A DNA stretch of 64,000 bases from Eledone cirrhosa (Eukaryota), in assembly GCA_964016885.1 (NCBI GenBank), contig OZ024742.1:274164001-274228000 (forward strand), in the 5' to 3' direction. This document shows positions 29,298 to 42,922 of the stretch, one piece after another. The notes under the pieces are model-generated. The model saw only the letters and a list, made by a program, of their open reading frames with translations. It had not been told where the DNA came from and ran no database searches. Made by a program: the position numbers and the translations under genes. How positions within the stretch are numbered: position 1 is the stretch's first letter; the number at the start of each line of letters is the position of its first letter.

Positions 29298-29943
29298 TCT
29301 AATATAATAAATCATAGATTTATATATTCCCGAGCAATGAGAAGCCGTGAATTTATTGGCTTGTATAGAATTGTTAGTGTATTTATTGATATTAGCGAGT
29401 TGAAATATATAATATACATCTGGTGGAAGAGTACAATGATTAAAAATACGAATATAAACTAATCAATTTAGACCTGTTCAATGTATTGCCATCCTTTTGA
29501 ATATATGTCATAACTAATGCTTCAAGAAATACCAGCCGAAACTTTCCTAGCTCAAAGCCATCTTTCTTTAGTCCTTCTTTAGACATAGTTATGTGACTAG
29601 TTAATGAATTTTTCCAAAGGCACATAGCCAGTAAGAGTTGGGGATGATTTTTAGAATACATCAGCTCTATTAGATCAAACTTCAGCAATAATAACTTTGA
29701 ATCCATTTGCCTTGCAGGCTTCTCACTACAAATGGCAAACTAAATAATAATTTCAAATTAGTAAAGCTGATCTATGGGACGTCTCTCTTTGCAGCCAAAC
29801 TTTAAACATAAATCAAGGCTCTAGCTGAATCACGTCCGTTTTATTCACCTTCATATTGTACTAGGATGGATCAATATACAAATATATTGCAAAAATATAC
29901 CAGTCAAGAATGTATGATAAACAGCATATTTACATACTTCACA

Positions 29944-30012
<69 letters not shown>

Positions 30013-32026
30013 ACATACACCCTGTCTGTCTTACACTTACATTTTCTGTCTCTCACACACACATTATCTTTCTCTCTCTGCCACCTTCCTTCTCTTCCAT
30101 ACCGCTACATATATATACGCATGATCAAGCATACACGTGCAAACAGATGCAGACAAACACGAACACAGTCGCTTCTGAGAAGGAATTCACGTTCTAGTTT
30201 GCATGTTATTAGTTTTCACCTTTTTCGTGAATATTAATATATGTTTTTCTGACCTTATTACATTTTGGAAGCTCAAGTTAGGTAAACTCAATGCTCAATA
30301 GAATGGTCTAAAATTCATGAGGTGTCTCCTGACCGTGGTGGATCCGGATTTTGCAGTCTCTGTTTGGGAGAATGTCTGAAGTGTCTAAATGGTGGGCCGC
30401 AGTTAATTAACAGAAGGATGGATTTCTCTGGTACCTGTCTAAACCTGGCATCTGATTCTTTCGTCAAGTGATATAGAAGATAATTTTACTTTCTAGTTTG
30501 AATAATTAGTTATGAACCCCCATCCCAAAAGATTGTAGAATCCCTGGCATGTGACATACTGAACCTAGCATTGATAATTTCCCTACACATCGAAATCGCA
30601 TAGATAAAAACGACTGTGTACCATACACTTAAATACTGAAGCATACTAGACTTGACACTTGCACATCCTGGGTTACTTTCACATTATGCTAATGATAGTA
30701 TATAATCATTGTTTTGTTTTGTTTTTCTCATTTTACATTGAATTCTTACTTGCGTACATTCGTAGTATTTTTTTTTTCTCACATTAAACTTATAGTTAAG
30801 TCTTCTTTTTGTCATTTATTCAGTCTTAAGTGCATTTCTTTGTTTAGGTGGGTGGGAGGTCATATTTATTATGATTACATTCTTATATTCTTACACTTCT
30901 AAAATGTTATTTGGTAACAAGAGAGATGCTAGATCTGAAGTAAGGTCGAAAAGTATTCTTCTTGTATTTCTCATGGTTATTCATACACCGTCTATTAGTA
31001 TTATTATACTCGTTGTTATCAGTTCTGTTAATATTATTTTCACCACCGCATACAGTTCTCTACCTACAATCAGTGAGATAGGGTCTGGATTTATAACGGT
31101 GCCAGCACCATAGAGACATCTAAGAAGTAGATTGATAAGATAATCTCGTGGCATCACAGCAATAACTACCAGAGTGTAATATTTGTCAATGCTACACCCA
31201 GAAGCAAAATAGCTTAGACTTAGAAGGGGTTACAAACTAAAATTAAATATTAACAAAGAAAAACCAGGTTTTCCTTTTAAAGCCCTAATCAGTAGAGCAA
31301 CATTTTTTTAGAGAACACTTTTCACTGATAAAAAATATATAGTCTGAAACTTTCGCCTAAAATTTAACTGCAAAAGTAGGTAAGTTATATTGAGGGACAG
31401 TGTATGATTAGGAACCAGCAACATGCCAGAAGGAAACATCGAGGCAAACTAGAACAAAGCAATGCTCCGACTGATTATAGAAGTGACAAATATAAAAGAA
31501 GTTCAACAAAATCTAAACAGAAAACATTACTGGAATAACAACATTACATCTAGTAACTAAGGACAAGATAACGGTATACATATACACACAAGAACCAAAC
31601 TAATAAAACAAACAAGACACATACAGTTAGAACAAGCAGTCAAGTACTGACAAATAAATAAACGAATAGATAAATAAACACACACACAACGGGATATAAC
31701 GCATGCGCAGCCCAAATACACAGCACAAAGCTTAAAGCTCAGAAAAAGACGATGGTGTAGAACAGAACACTGGAGGGATAAAATTAGCAAATTGCCCAAT
31801 GAGAAGGACAAAGAATGTGTCACGAAAGAGCATTGACAATAAGCAAATAAACAACCATCCGTAAATGAAAATAACCGACTGGAAATTTAAAATAAATTGT
31901 AGTCAAAATCAACATGTACGTGTGATTTTATTGGTAGTATGACACTCCCAAATGTTAACAGTATATGAAACTATATATATATATATATATATCGCATTAA
32001 TAAATATGCTGGGTCTGTCAACTCCT

Positions 32027-32083
<57 letters not shown>

Positions 32084-32105
32084 TATATAATAGCCCTTTT
32101 AAATT

Positions 32106-32190
32106 TGTTTCCTGATGATTTCGAAACTCGTTGATTTATCCATGATCGGATATTTCCAAAAAGCGAATGAAACCTTCGGGGGTAGAAACA
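32106..32190 (+). ncRNA. Type-I hammerhead ribozyme
   Basis: tgtttc-CTGATGA-t.ttcg...cgaa.t-GAAA-ccttcggggg-TA-gaaaca; stem I 6/6 paired. Confidence 0.78.
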
Positions 32191-34828
32191 TGATTTTGGT
32201 ATGTTTATATACATTTTTTCTTCTAAATTTGATTTTGTACCTAATTGTGTATGGTTAACTATATGTCTAGTCAATTTCTACGGGATATTAGAAATACTGG
32301 GTAAATCTCCTCTGGCTGTGGATCGCGGTTAAAATAGCTAAGGAGATTATGGTTAGAGAAGATGATAGTATGGGTCTCTAGTAGACAGAGGTTACAAAAT
32401 GTATTAGGTTGTTTGTATGATGTTGTACTACCTACCACTTCCCATTTAAGTGTATATAGTTTATTTTTAGTTTTTAGATAGTGTATGTAGCTAGATAGTG
32501 AAGTGGAGTTGGCTAGACTGTGTTTTTTGAAAGAGTGGAGGTGCGAATTGTATCTAGTTTTGAAGCAGTTAGAAGTAGAGCCTATATAGGTTTCAGAAGA
32601 GTTGTTAGTTGTGACTGTACATGAGTATATGATATCCTTGGTTAAGCATTTTTTATCTAAAGGGCAGGTTCTATTTGATCTACAGTTACAATTATTCTGG
32701 GTGTTAGTCTGCCGGTTAATATGCTGTGTAGAAGTCTGGATGTCAGCTATAGGGTTATGTGGGTTGTCGTTCGCAGCGTTAATGTTTACACTAGTACTAT
32801 TACTATTATTTCTATTGATATTAGGGGTAGTTGCTATAATGTTATTTTGAATGTTATTTTGAAGGTTTATCGTCTGTTGTGATTTAGTTTGTTGGAAGTA
32901 AGAATTAATTTTTCTTTTATTGCTACTAGCTATGTGGTATGCTAAGTTAGGCGTAGTAGAGTATGATATTTTAATAGTGGCTTTGTTTAAAAGGCTATGG
33001 TAGTTGTGGGCGGATGGGAAGTTTTTATCTAGTAGTGAGAAGAAAGCCCTAGTTTGGTAGAGACGTTTAGATTGAAAGGGGGGTTGAAAAATGTATTATT
33101 TCTTCTATTTCTGTTTTTTATGTCTGGTGATTTGTTTCCTTTTATGTTACTATGGAAATTTCTGTGGTGTGGCTTACTTTTGTTGTTATCATCTCTATTA
33201 GTGTGTGTGTGGTTGCTATTCCTATTATTAAATTTTCTCATGGACATGTTGTGTGAAATAATGTTGTAGCTATGCGTTTTTGTAGGTAGGAACTCTATCC
33301 ATGTATTATGGCCTGATCTAGCTAATGCCTGATTATAATATTGCGAGTTATTGTTAAATGTGTTTATGTCATAGGATAGATTAGAGATTCTATTAGATAC
33401 TCCCTTAGAGATATAGTTTAATATAGATCTAGGGTGCTTATACTTGGTATCTACGTAAATGAGTTTTTCATTAGTTTTGTGGAAAGGTGCATATATCATT
33501 GAGTCTAGGTAGAGTGTGGCGTCTAGGAAGTTGACGTTTTTAGTGTTTTTGTCCATGGTAATACTAAGGTTATAGTTTTTGAATGTTTTGTGCAATAGTT
33601 TTCTAGTTCTTTCTATATTGAATTTTTTATAATCTATAAGTAGAAGTGCATCGTCGCGATACAAACCACCGCTGAGGTAAGGAAGGTCCTTATGGATTTG
33701 GTTAAGTAAATATAGGCCGACTAAATCAGTGACCTGCGCCGAGTCACTAGACCCCATGGTAATGTCGAAGTTGCTTTGCGTATCTTTGCGGGTGATTAGT
33801 GTTTTTCGGGCCGCAAGTATGACATCAATCTGGGGTCTAGTCAGGTCACTATTGTCCATGGCCATTATAAGTGCCTTATTTAATAGGATAGGGGAAATAG
33901 AGGTGTAGTAAGAATTGATATCAAATTTAATAAATTGTTTATCCTTGTTATCTTTGATATCTTTGAACCATTCAATCACTTAACCCGTATTTCCCCATTG
34001 TTTAAGGTAAATCTTGTGTTTAATCTGTGGGATAATTTTATCTAGAATTTTTTTACTAATAATGCCAATGTCAGACTTGGTGGGGCAGATGAGTCTAATC
34101 GAGGGGTTGCTAATGAAGTCCTCCTTATGGTCCTTCAGAGAGAATCTAGGGGGGTTTGGGGCATAAGGCTGTGTATGACTCTGGAGCCCTAGTTTGGATA
34201 CTATATTATAGCCTTCCATATTAATATCTTCTAAGTTTTTCATAGTGGTTTTCTTGTAGCTTTTATGTAGTTCATTATATATAAACTTTCTATAAGTATT
34301 ATAATCTAGGCTGTATATGTTATTAGTTTTGTCCGCATGTACAAACATTTTACTACTAGTTTTGTAATCATTAATATAGGTGCTCAGTTTCTTTAAGAAG
34401 GTGTTGTTTTTATTACGGTGTTTTTTGTATTTAATATTCTTAACTAGTTTTATTAGGTCATTTTCACTCTATTGATAAAGGAGTTTACACTGTCGATCAA
34501 TAACTTTTCATATGTATTTTGGGGTGGTATAGGTATGTTCTTGGTTGACATAGGGAGTGGGTCTTTGATCAGCATGCTGGTTATTTATTGTATATAAGCT
34601 CAACAATATGGAGCAGTTATTAGTATTAAGGATACTATTTATGGTTATGTATGTAATAAAAGCTTTTATGGTTATATATTTTTTATACAAACCCCAAATA
34701 GTGAAAGATAGTCAATAATTACTATCTTATTACCAGTAAGATAAATAGCTCAATGTAATAACATCGGTTGTTTTACAGAGCAGTTATATAGAGATTACAA
34801 TAATCAAAGTTCAGTTTAAATCATTTAT

Positions 34829-34877
34829 TTGCTTACAATTGTTTCCTCCAAACAGAGGTTTGGTTTCTTCGGAGCAA
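34829..34877 (-). ncRNA. Hammerhead ribozyme, CCGAAGA (U4C) core
   Basis: Inverted copy of 37740-37788. Confidence 0.72.
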
Positions 34878-35934
34878 CTATTTAGTGATCTATAACATAC
34901 TTGACCTCCTTTTCAACACAAGAGACATATAAAAACATATGCATATATTGACCCACAGTGGGATGACATCCATCAAAATGTTATAGCATGGCAATTTACA
35001 TATAAAGGTTAAAGGACTAACCCTAATATCAATAGCAATAATAGTAATAGTACTAGTGTAAACATTAACGCTGCGAACGACAACCCACATAACCCTATAG
35101 CTGACATCCAGACTTCTACACAGCATATTAACCGGCAGACTAACACCCAGAATAATTGTAACTGTAGATCAAATAGAACCTGCCCTTTAGATACAAAATG
35201 CTTAACCAAGGATATCATATACTCATGTACAGTCACAACTAACAACTCTTCTGAAACCTATATAGGCTCTACTATTAACTGCTTCAAAACTAGATACAAT
35301 TCGCACCTCCACTCTTTCAAAAAACACAGTCTAGCCAACTCCACTTCACTATCTAGCTACATACACTATCTAAAAGCTAAAAATAAACTATATACACTTA
35401 AATGGGAAGTGGTAGGTAGTACAACATCATACAAACAACCTAATACATTTTGTAACCTCTGTCTACTAGAGACCCATACTATCATCTTCTCTAACCATAA
35501 TCTCCTTAATAAAAAATCAGAAGTGCTCGCATCTTGCCAACACCGCTTCCGACACTCTTTCCAAAACATTAAACCCTATATATAACAATGCCAGACTGGA
35601 ACCGTCACCACCCCTAGCAATTAGCATCAGTGGCACACCTTACACCTCATCTCCACACCCATTTATATACTCTAAAGCTAATAGCGGCAACCTTATAGTA
35701 CCATCTACCCTGGGGATACCCCAGGTACTTCTAATTCTGATATCTTGGCCGTGGATTACTTAAACTGCACTGCACAAATATATGATTAATATAAACTGTA
35801 GACACTGTATTGGTTGTGCTAACATAATCCTGTGCATGGAGTGCCACCATGAGATAGATTGATGATTAAGTAAGTAATCTTATTATTAAGTGACTATATA
35901 TTCTATACGATGAGTACAATGAATTATGCACAGG

Positions 35935-36592
35935 TGATACATGAGTTAGGAGTTTCTGTGTTGCTTGATGACCTGATTAGTGTCTTTTGATGAGAGAACT
36001 GGTCCGCGGACCACCCTGGTGATATTTGAATTTACCAGGGATTCAGTCATACAATGACCCAATACTTGCCGGGAGTCTTGTATGATAATAAGACCCTTAT
36101 TAGTAGTGAGACCCATATACATATAATTAACTTTGAAGTCTGACTCTTCTTATAGATTGTCCAGGTGTGGCACTCCATATTAGATTGTAATCATCATATG
36201 AACTCCTTTAGTACTTATTAATAGACTCCACTCTAATTTGTAGATAAGAAACCTAATTTAATTTATATATGAGATGGGAGTTTATGTGTTGCTTGATGGC
36301 CAGACTAGTGTCTTTATATGAGGGAATTGATCTCTGGACCACCCTGGAGATATTCAAATTTGCCAAGGATTCAGACATACAATGACCCAGAGCTTACCGG
36401 GAGTCATATATAATAATAGGACCCTGCCAGGTCCTGCGGGTGAAATACACTTACAAAGAACATTGATTTGGAGGTCTGACTCTTCTTATAGAATGTTCAG
36501 ATATGACACCCCTTAATAGAAGGTAATCATCCTGATACATACACCTTTAGTACTGCTTAATAGACAACACTGTAACCTATAGATAAGTAACA
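35935..36592 (+). repeat. Diverged ~335-bp tandem duplication in the PLE 3' region
   Basis: gagtt.tgtgttgcttgatg..., ggaccaccctgg.gatatt, catacaatgaccca and tctgactcttcttataga each occur twice about 335-340 bp apart. Confidence 0.75.
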
Positions 36593-37210
36593 TAATCTAG
36601 AAATTAGTTATAACATCATATGATAGGCACTTATTGGAAACACCATTAATGTAATTTAGGATAATAAATTTAACTAAGAAAACCAGCTAGTTACCTCCCC
36701 TTACGCATTAACTCTATTTGGTCACACACACACTTCCGGAATATAATATCATCACACAAAACTTAACAACATGATCTATTAATTAAGAATCGACAAGATA
36801 TGGTTTATAACTTGGTTATATGCTGAACCATCGTGGATTATATGATAGACCCGTGGTCTATATATTGCGTCTCATGGATTATGTGAGTGGTGGTGTGCGC
36901 GAAGACAGTGGTACTGTTTTGCATACGCTATAATATGTTTTATAATATGTTTGATATTTTTGATATTTTGGTGTTTCTCTACATTCGGGATTGTATATCA
37001 TACAGGTGTATGCGAAAAAATGATTTAATAATTCAGCCCACATAATACTATCGATTGCCTGCTTCAACTGCCTGATCCTGCAAGTAACAATCTGCCGCAC
37101 TCTAATCCTGTATAAATAAGACACGCGTGCATGCTACACGTGAGATTGTTTCATACACTGACTACTCTAAACTTTCCTCTTGCTTTATCCTCATAAACTG
37201 CCAATGTTTC

Positions 37211-37247
37211 ATTTTTATTTTTATTTTTATTTTTATTTTTATTTTTA

Positions 37248-37278
<31 letters not shown>

Positions 37279-37600
37279 TTTATTTTTATTTTTATTTTTA
37301 TTTTTATTTTTATTTTTATTTTTATTTTTATTTTTATTTTTATTTTTATTTTTATTTTTATTTTTATTTTTATTTTTATTTTTATTTTTATTTTTATTTT
37401 TATTTTTATTTTTATTTTTATTTTTATTTTTATTTTTATTTTTATTTTTATTTTTATTTTTATTTTTATTTTTATTTTTATTTTTATTTTTATTTTTATT
37501 TTTATTTTTATTTTTATTTTTATTTTTATTTTTATTTTTATTTTTATTTTTATTTTTATTTTTATTTTTATTTTTATTTTTATTTTTATTTTTATTTTTA
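37211..37600 (+). repeat. (TTTTTA)n hexanucleotide microsatellite
   Basis: Direct reading. Confidence 0.97.
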
Positions 37601-37739
37601 TCCTTTAAGCTTTATATGTAAGTTGCCATACTATTTCATTTTTATGGATGTCATCCCACTGTGGGTCAATATATGCATATGTTTTTATATGTCTCTTGTG
37701 TTGAAAAGGAGGTCAAGTATGTTATAGATCACTAAATAG

Positions 37740-37788
37740 TTGCTCCGAAGAATCCAAACCTCGGTTTGGAGGAAACAATTGTAAGCAA
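37740..37788 (+). ncRNA. Hammerhead ribozyme, CCGAAGA (U4C) core
   Basis: ttgct-CCGAAGA-a.tccaaacc.tc.ggtttgga.g-GAAA-caattg-TA-agcaa. Confidence 0.75.
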
Positions 37789-38446
37789 ATAAATGATTTA
37801 AACTTAACTTTGATTATTGTAATCTCTATATAACTGCTCTGTAAAACAACCGATGTTTTTACATTGAGCTATTTATCTTACTGGTAATAAGATAGTAATT
37901 AATGACAATCTTTCACTATTTGGGGTTTGTATAAAAAATATATAAACATAAAAGGTTTTATTACATACATAACCATAAATAGTATCCTTAATACTATATA
38001 TATATATATGGCTTTGTCTAGTTTATGTATATGTAAACCTCTATATTTTATATACTCCCGTAAGGTTGAGTAAGAATTTAGGCAGTATTTGGCTGCGCTT
38101 TCTAGCAACGATCCTACTCGCTGTCAGGCACCAATCACAAGCTTTCTGACTTGACCACCATGACCACAACACACATCGCTATACGTCCACAAACTCCCCC
38201 CTCGTGTTCCCTATGTCACCTTTTAACCTGTAACCCATCGTATTATTCGACACTGTATATATTTTTCGTCGCTCACAACTCCACCAACGCCACCACAAGG
38301 CACAACTCCATAACTCAACAATCATTAACTTCATTAACATCGCCAACACATACCTTCCCTCTCGAACAAACGTAGGTGTGTGTGTCTGTGTGTAAGTATA
38401 TTTATATATGTGTACGTATATATATATATATATAGGATCCAGTAGG

Positions 38447-38542
38447 ACCCCAACGGCTGAGCTCAAGCCGTTTCGACGGCTAATTCTGGACTAAATGAAC
38501 ATTTTTATCCTGGTATATGAATAGCCGAACTTCTCAGGGTGT
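38447..38542 (-). ncRNA. Hammerhead-like motif, CUGAGAA core, long stem II
   Basis: Minus strand: acacc-CTGAGAA-gtt.cggcta...tagccg.tc-GAAA-cggct.tgagctc.agccg-TT-ggggt. Confidence 0.65.
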
Positions 38543-40849
38543 AATTCCATATATGGTAAAAGTGATTATCACAAGGATTGGTCAAAAGTTTGTTGTTGAG
38601 ACACATAATTCTATCATGGCAACTTGTGGAAGGAAGGGGTAGCTGAACCTGCCAGTAGAAGAAAGAGGGAGAGGGAGTGGAGGAAACCCAGTCGTGCGTT
38701 GATAGTGCCAACTACAGCAGGGCAGGAGGTCAAGCAAGTATACTAGGGAGGGGGAGCGGGAGGAAGTCGAAACAATAAGTAAATCAATATGGAGTAAATA
38801 TATAGAAGAATACCAAGAATGTTAAAAATATTTTTTAAAAATTCTGGTTACTATTCCCTAATCACAGTCATCAAGTCTCTCACTGGTACTGCTAAACTAT
38901 AGAACAGTTTACTAGGTGTGACGGAATTGTAGTGAGACCATTTTAAGAGTTAGTAGTAATCAACCGAGTATATTTTACGGTGACAGGTCAACAAGTTGGG
39001 GGCCAATATACTAAAGAAACTACCACGAAATAATAATTCAGAGTCCCGAAACTAATACGAAATAATTGTTTCTACCCTAGGCACAAGGCCAGCAACCACC
39101 CAGTGCAAAAAATAAACTAATACGAAATAATAATTCAGAATTCCGAAAATGAATACTAATACTATCTCTAAGGGTGCCGCTACGATACAAAAATTCTAGT
39201 GCAAACTACATAAATGCTCGTACGAAGTATATGAAAAATTTGATACGGAAAATTAATTCAGGACAGTTGCACCTCCTGGTCGGCTCTCCACTGCTATTTA
39301 GGTTATTTCTTCCATAGGGGTTGAGTTTTTTGTTGTTAGAGGAGACGATGTTTTGTGCAAAGTTTAGTGTGGTGCTGTAGGAGAGTTTGATGGTATTTTT
39401 GTTGATTATGTTGTGGTAGCGGTGTTGTAGTGGGAAGTGTTTTTCGATGAGCCTAAAGAAGATTGTCCCGATAGGAGTTGACACTTCGGCGTTGTGGGCA
39501 GGATTGAACCATGTTACATTGCGTGAGCGGCGGTGTCGCCTGATGGTTCCGCTAATGGAAGCTGGACAGTAGGATATTTCCTCCCGGAAGCCAATCCGCT
39601 TGAAGGCCTGGTTGTAATAAGGCGCATGTTCCTCGAATATCTGCTCATTAGCAGACAAATGAGATATGCGTAGGGAGATGTTTTTAACCAGGTTATTGGT
39701 GATGTTCCTAAGATGGTTTGACCGGCGGTGGATGTAGTGCAGGTTGTCGTTGGGTTTCCTGTATGGGTAGTACAGATCATTATCGAGGTCAAGGGTAACG
39801 TCCAGGAAGTTTACTCGGGTCAGGGACGTTTGTAGGGTATTTTAAATCCCCAGTCGCGGAAGAAGCTGATTAATTGTTTACGGACGCGGTCTGTACTACT
39901 GGGGTTGTACCCTTTAAGGGTAAGGAGCCCATCATCACGGTACAATCCACCGCCGAATGCAGGAAACATATAGGGGAGTTTAACTAGTAGGAATAATCCT
40001 ATAAAGTCTGTGACCTCAGCCGAATCCGTCGCTCCCATGCTGACGTCGAAGGGTGAGTCGGGAGCTCTCTTTATCCATTTGGAGTTGTCGAAAAGTAGTA
40101 CTGTCTTCCTGGCGTAGAGGATGATGTTTCTTTCCTGGCCGGTGATGGGCGCAAGTGTCTCGGCAAAGTCAAAGGCAGCCGTAAGTAGCGGTAAGGTAAT
40201 TGAAGCATAGTAACTCTCTATGTCAAACTGGATGAATTTTGTGTCTCGTTTGTCCTCCATATTGCTGAACCATGAGATTACTTCCTGGGTGTTGTCCCAT
40301 AGGCTAAGTCTGGCGTTTTGCTTAACTTTTGGTATAACGCGGTCTAGGATTTTTTTACTGATTCTCCCTATGTCGGACTTCGTTGGGTTTATAAGCCTGA
40401 TAGAAGGTTTACAGTCGAAATCGGATTTGTGGTCCTTCAGTGTGAAGTAGGGTGTCTGTGGGTCTAGGGGTTCCGTGCGGTCGGCGACCCCGAGGCTGGA
40501 GGTAATTTGTTGTCCATCTCAATTTATGTCCTCCATGCATGAGTGGTTAGCCTTTTTATAGGTCGAGTTTATGCTGCTCCTGATCAGTGTGTGGTATCTG
40601 TCGGGGTTGACGAAGTAGAGGTTAACAGTTTTATCCGAGTTCGCCATGATGTCATTGGTGTTATCATTCTCTGTAAAGTTGCTACGGAGTTTTTGTAGGA
40701 ATCGGTTGTGTCTGGGTTTGAATTTAATATTCTTGACCAGTTGGAAAAGGTCATTCTCGAAGGTTGAGAGCATAGGGTTCGGAGGGGGAGATTTGTAGGT
40801 ATTAAATCCGACAATCCTTGTGACAATCACTTTTACCATATATGGAATT

Positions 40850-40945
40850 ACCCCCTGAGAAGCTCGGCTATTCATATACCAGGATAAAAATGTTCATTTA
40901 GTCCAGAATTCGCTGTCGAAACGGCTTGAGCTCAGCCGTCGGGGT
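40850..40945 (+). ncRNA. Hammerhead-like motif, CUGAGAA core, long stem II
   Basis: acccc-CTGAGAA-...-GAAA-cggct.tgagctc.agccg-TC-ggggt; stem I 5/5, stem III 6 bp, GUC site. Confidence 0.7.
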
Positions 40946-41130
40946 CCTACTCGTTCCTATTACCCACTCTACTACCCTAAGTATTGAGTACTTTGGTGCG
41001 TTATGGTCCACCTGGATCCTCACCACATTTCCTTCGTTATGTATATATATATATATATATATATATAAAGTATTAAAAAAATAATGAATAAAACAATGAA
41101 ACAGTTCCTTATATTAAACAAAAAAAGTTC

Positions 41131-41270
41131 ATTATTTAACGATCGTTTCTAGGATATATATGTGTTAGAATTGGCATGCATATTCAACAGATCTATGTAC
41201 AAAATTAAATATACATACCAACACATATATATGCCGTCTTCAGAAATAATTGGACACTACCGTAAACTCT
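41131..41270 (-). ncRNA. Type-I hammerhead ribozyme with a ~105-nt stem II
   Basis: Minus strand: attattt-CTGAAGA-cggc.atatatatgtgtt...aacacatatat.ccta-GAAA-cgatcg-TT-aaataat; stem I 7/7 paired; palindromic stem III. Confidence 0.8.
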
Positions 41271-41283
41271 TGGTAGATTTATC

Positions 41284-41380
<97 letters not shown>

Positions 41381-42124
41381 GTATGTATATATGTATGTGT
41401 GTGTACGTATGTGTGTATGTATATGTATGTCTGTATGTACAACACCGTCTCCATTCTCTCTCACCCTCCCTCTATCTTTGTACTACACCACCCCCACTGA
41501 TACTCCCCACCTCTATATGTATCCACACGCGCGCATGCATATATGTGTGTGTATATATGCATATAAATATATGTATGTGTGGATGTATGTGTGCGTGTTT
41601 TATGTGTGTGTATATAAGTGTGTATGTATATATGTCAGTATATATGCGCATGTATATGTATACAACGTATTTGTCAGACTAAGAGTGTCTAGGTATGTAA
41701 CTCCCCATGGACTTGACACCAACAACACATCCACCACACCACCACAAACGCTATTACCATAAACAACAACACCACATCCACACCACGCACAATAACCAGC
41801 CACCAATATATGCCATTCTGTCTACCGACAATCCACTACCGCCACCCAACAGCCCATCCCAGTCAGCGACAGTCAGCACCATCTTAACATAACAACCACA
41901 CCCACATACACTACAGGCGAAAGTCAATCCGCCACCCACACACCACAGCTCATCTCAGCCAACGACCGTCACCAATATCTTATCATCACATCAACCCCCA
42001 CATACACTACAGGCGAATACATCCCTATGATGTATACCACCAATCAAAAGAACTCATATTGACCAACTTATGATCTTCTGACTTTATCATATAGCATGTA
42101 TTCATTTTCTTATAGCATTTTAAA

Positions 42125-42211
42125 GGGTCCGTCGAGCTGCCGATTATAGAGTCGGGTAAGAGCGATAAAGATCTAACCTTTAGCTGATCAGTAGCGAAAC
42201 GCGCGTCACCT
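42125..42211 (+). ncRNA. Hammerhead-like motif with a divergent CCGUCGA core
   Basis: gggt-CCGTCGA-gctgc...gtagc-GAAA-cgcgcg-TC-acct; palindromic stem III; GUC site. Confidence 0.55.
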
Positions 42212-42483
42212 ACCAATAAATGTAATAACGGAGTAACCAATCATCCTTGTTATCCTTTCAATATATATATATATATCTATATATATATAAGTATGTATAC
42301 AGACGTACAGTAGTATCTATATATATATACATACATGCACACATATATATATATATATGTGCGCATGGGTCTACCGAACATTTATTATAATGCTCGCTTG
42401 TTTGTAAACAAACAAACAGCCCGAATTAAGCCGTACGATGTTTAGCAACCATCTTTGCCCTTTTGTTCATCACTGACAAAGGA

Positions 42484-42526
42484 ACGATGTAGTAGTTTCT
42501 AGCTTATTAGCTATCGTCAGCATCGT
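42484..42526 (-). ncRNA. Minimal type-I hammerhead ribozyme
   Basis: Minus strand: acgatg-CTGACGA-tagct.aata.agcta-GAAA-ctac-TA-catcgt. Confidence 0.82.
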
Positions 42527-42922
42527 ATACCTTCCTGCCAAATGATTGAACGCCTGAAAGTATATACTTTCCTTATGCATATTAACGGCTGCGCAGCCTA
42601 ATTTGCATATCGAGTGAGTTAGTCGGCCGGGCGCACCGAAAACGATAAATGGAAAAAATGAAACGAAATATCATTTCTCACTCTTAGTAAGGCCGTTACT
42701 TAAATATAAGTATGCATACGTACATACATACATGTATACAGACGTACAGTAGTATGTATATATATATACATACATGCACACACATATATATATATATGTG
42801 CGCATGGGTCTACCGAACATTTATTATAATGCTCGCTTGTTTGTAAACAAACAAACAGCCCGAATTAAGCCGTACAATGTTTAGCAACCATCTTTGCCCT
42901 TTTGTTCTACACTGACAAAGGA

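Larger units (their letters stand above)
32340..38000 (-). mobile_element. Penelope-like element (Naiad-like) with an inverted 3'-end/pLTR duplication
   Basis: RT on the minus strand at 33029-34500 (ADKTNN.Y, LKDHK..F, RLI.P.KSDIG, FDINSYY, MGSSDSAQVTDLVG, YRDD), GIY-YIG at 32355-32700. 35017-35495 is the reverse complement of 32355-32830. 34650-34975 is the reverse complement of 37645-38000. Confidence 0.9.
38435..40960 (-). mobile_element. Penelope-like element (Naiad-like) RT with inverted terminal HHR-bearing repeats
   Basis: SDKTVNLY, FDIESYYASI, FDVSMGATDSAEVTDFIG, YRDDGL, WFNPAH, RRCNC on the minus strand at 39260-40875. 38441-38580 is the reverse complement of about 40812-40951. Confidence 0.9.
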
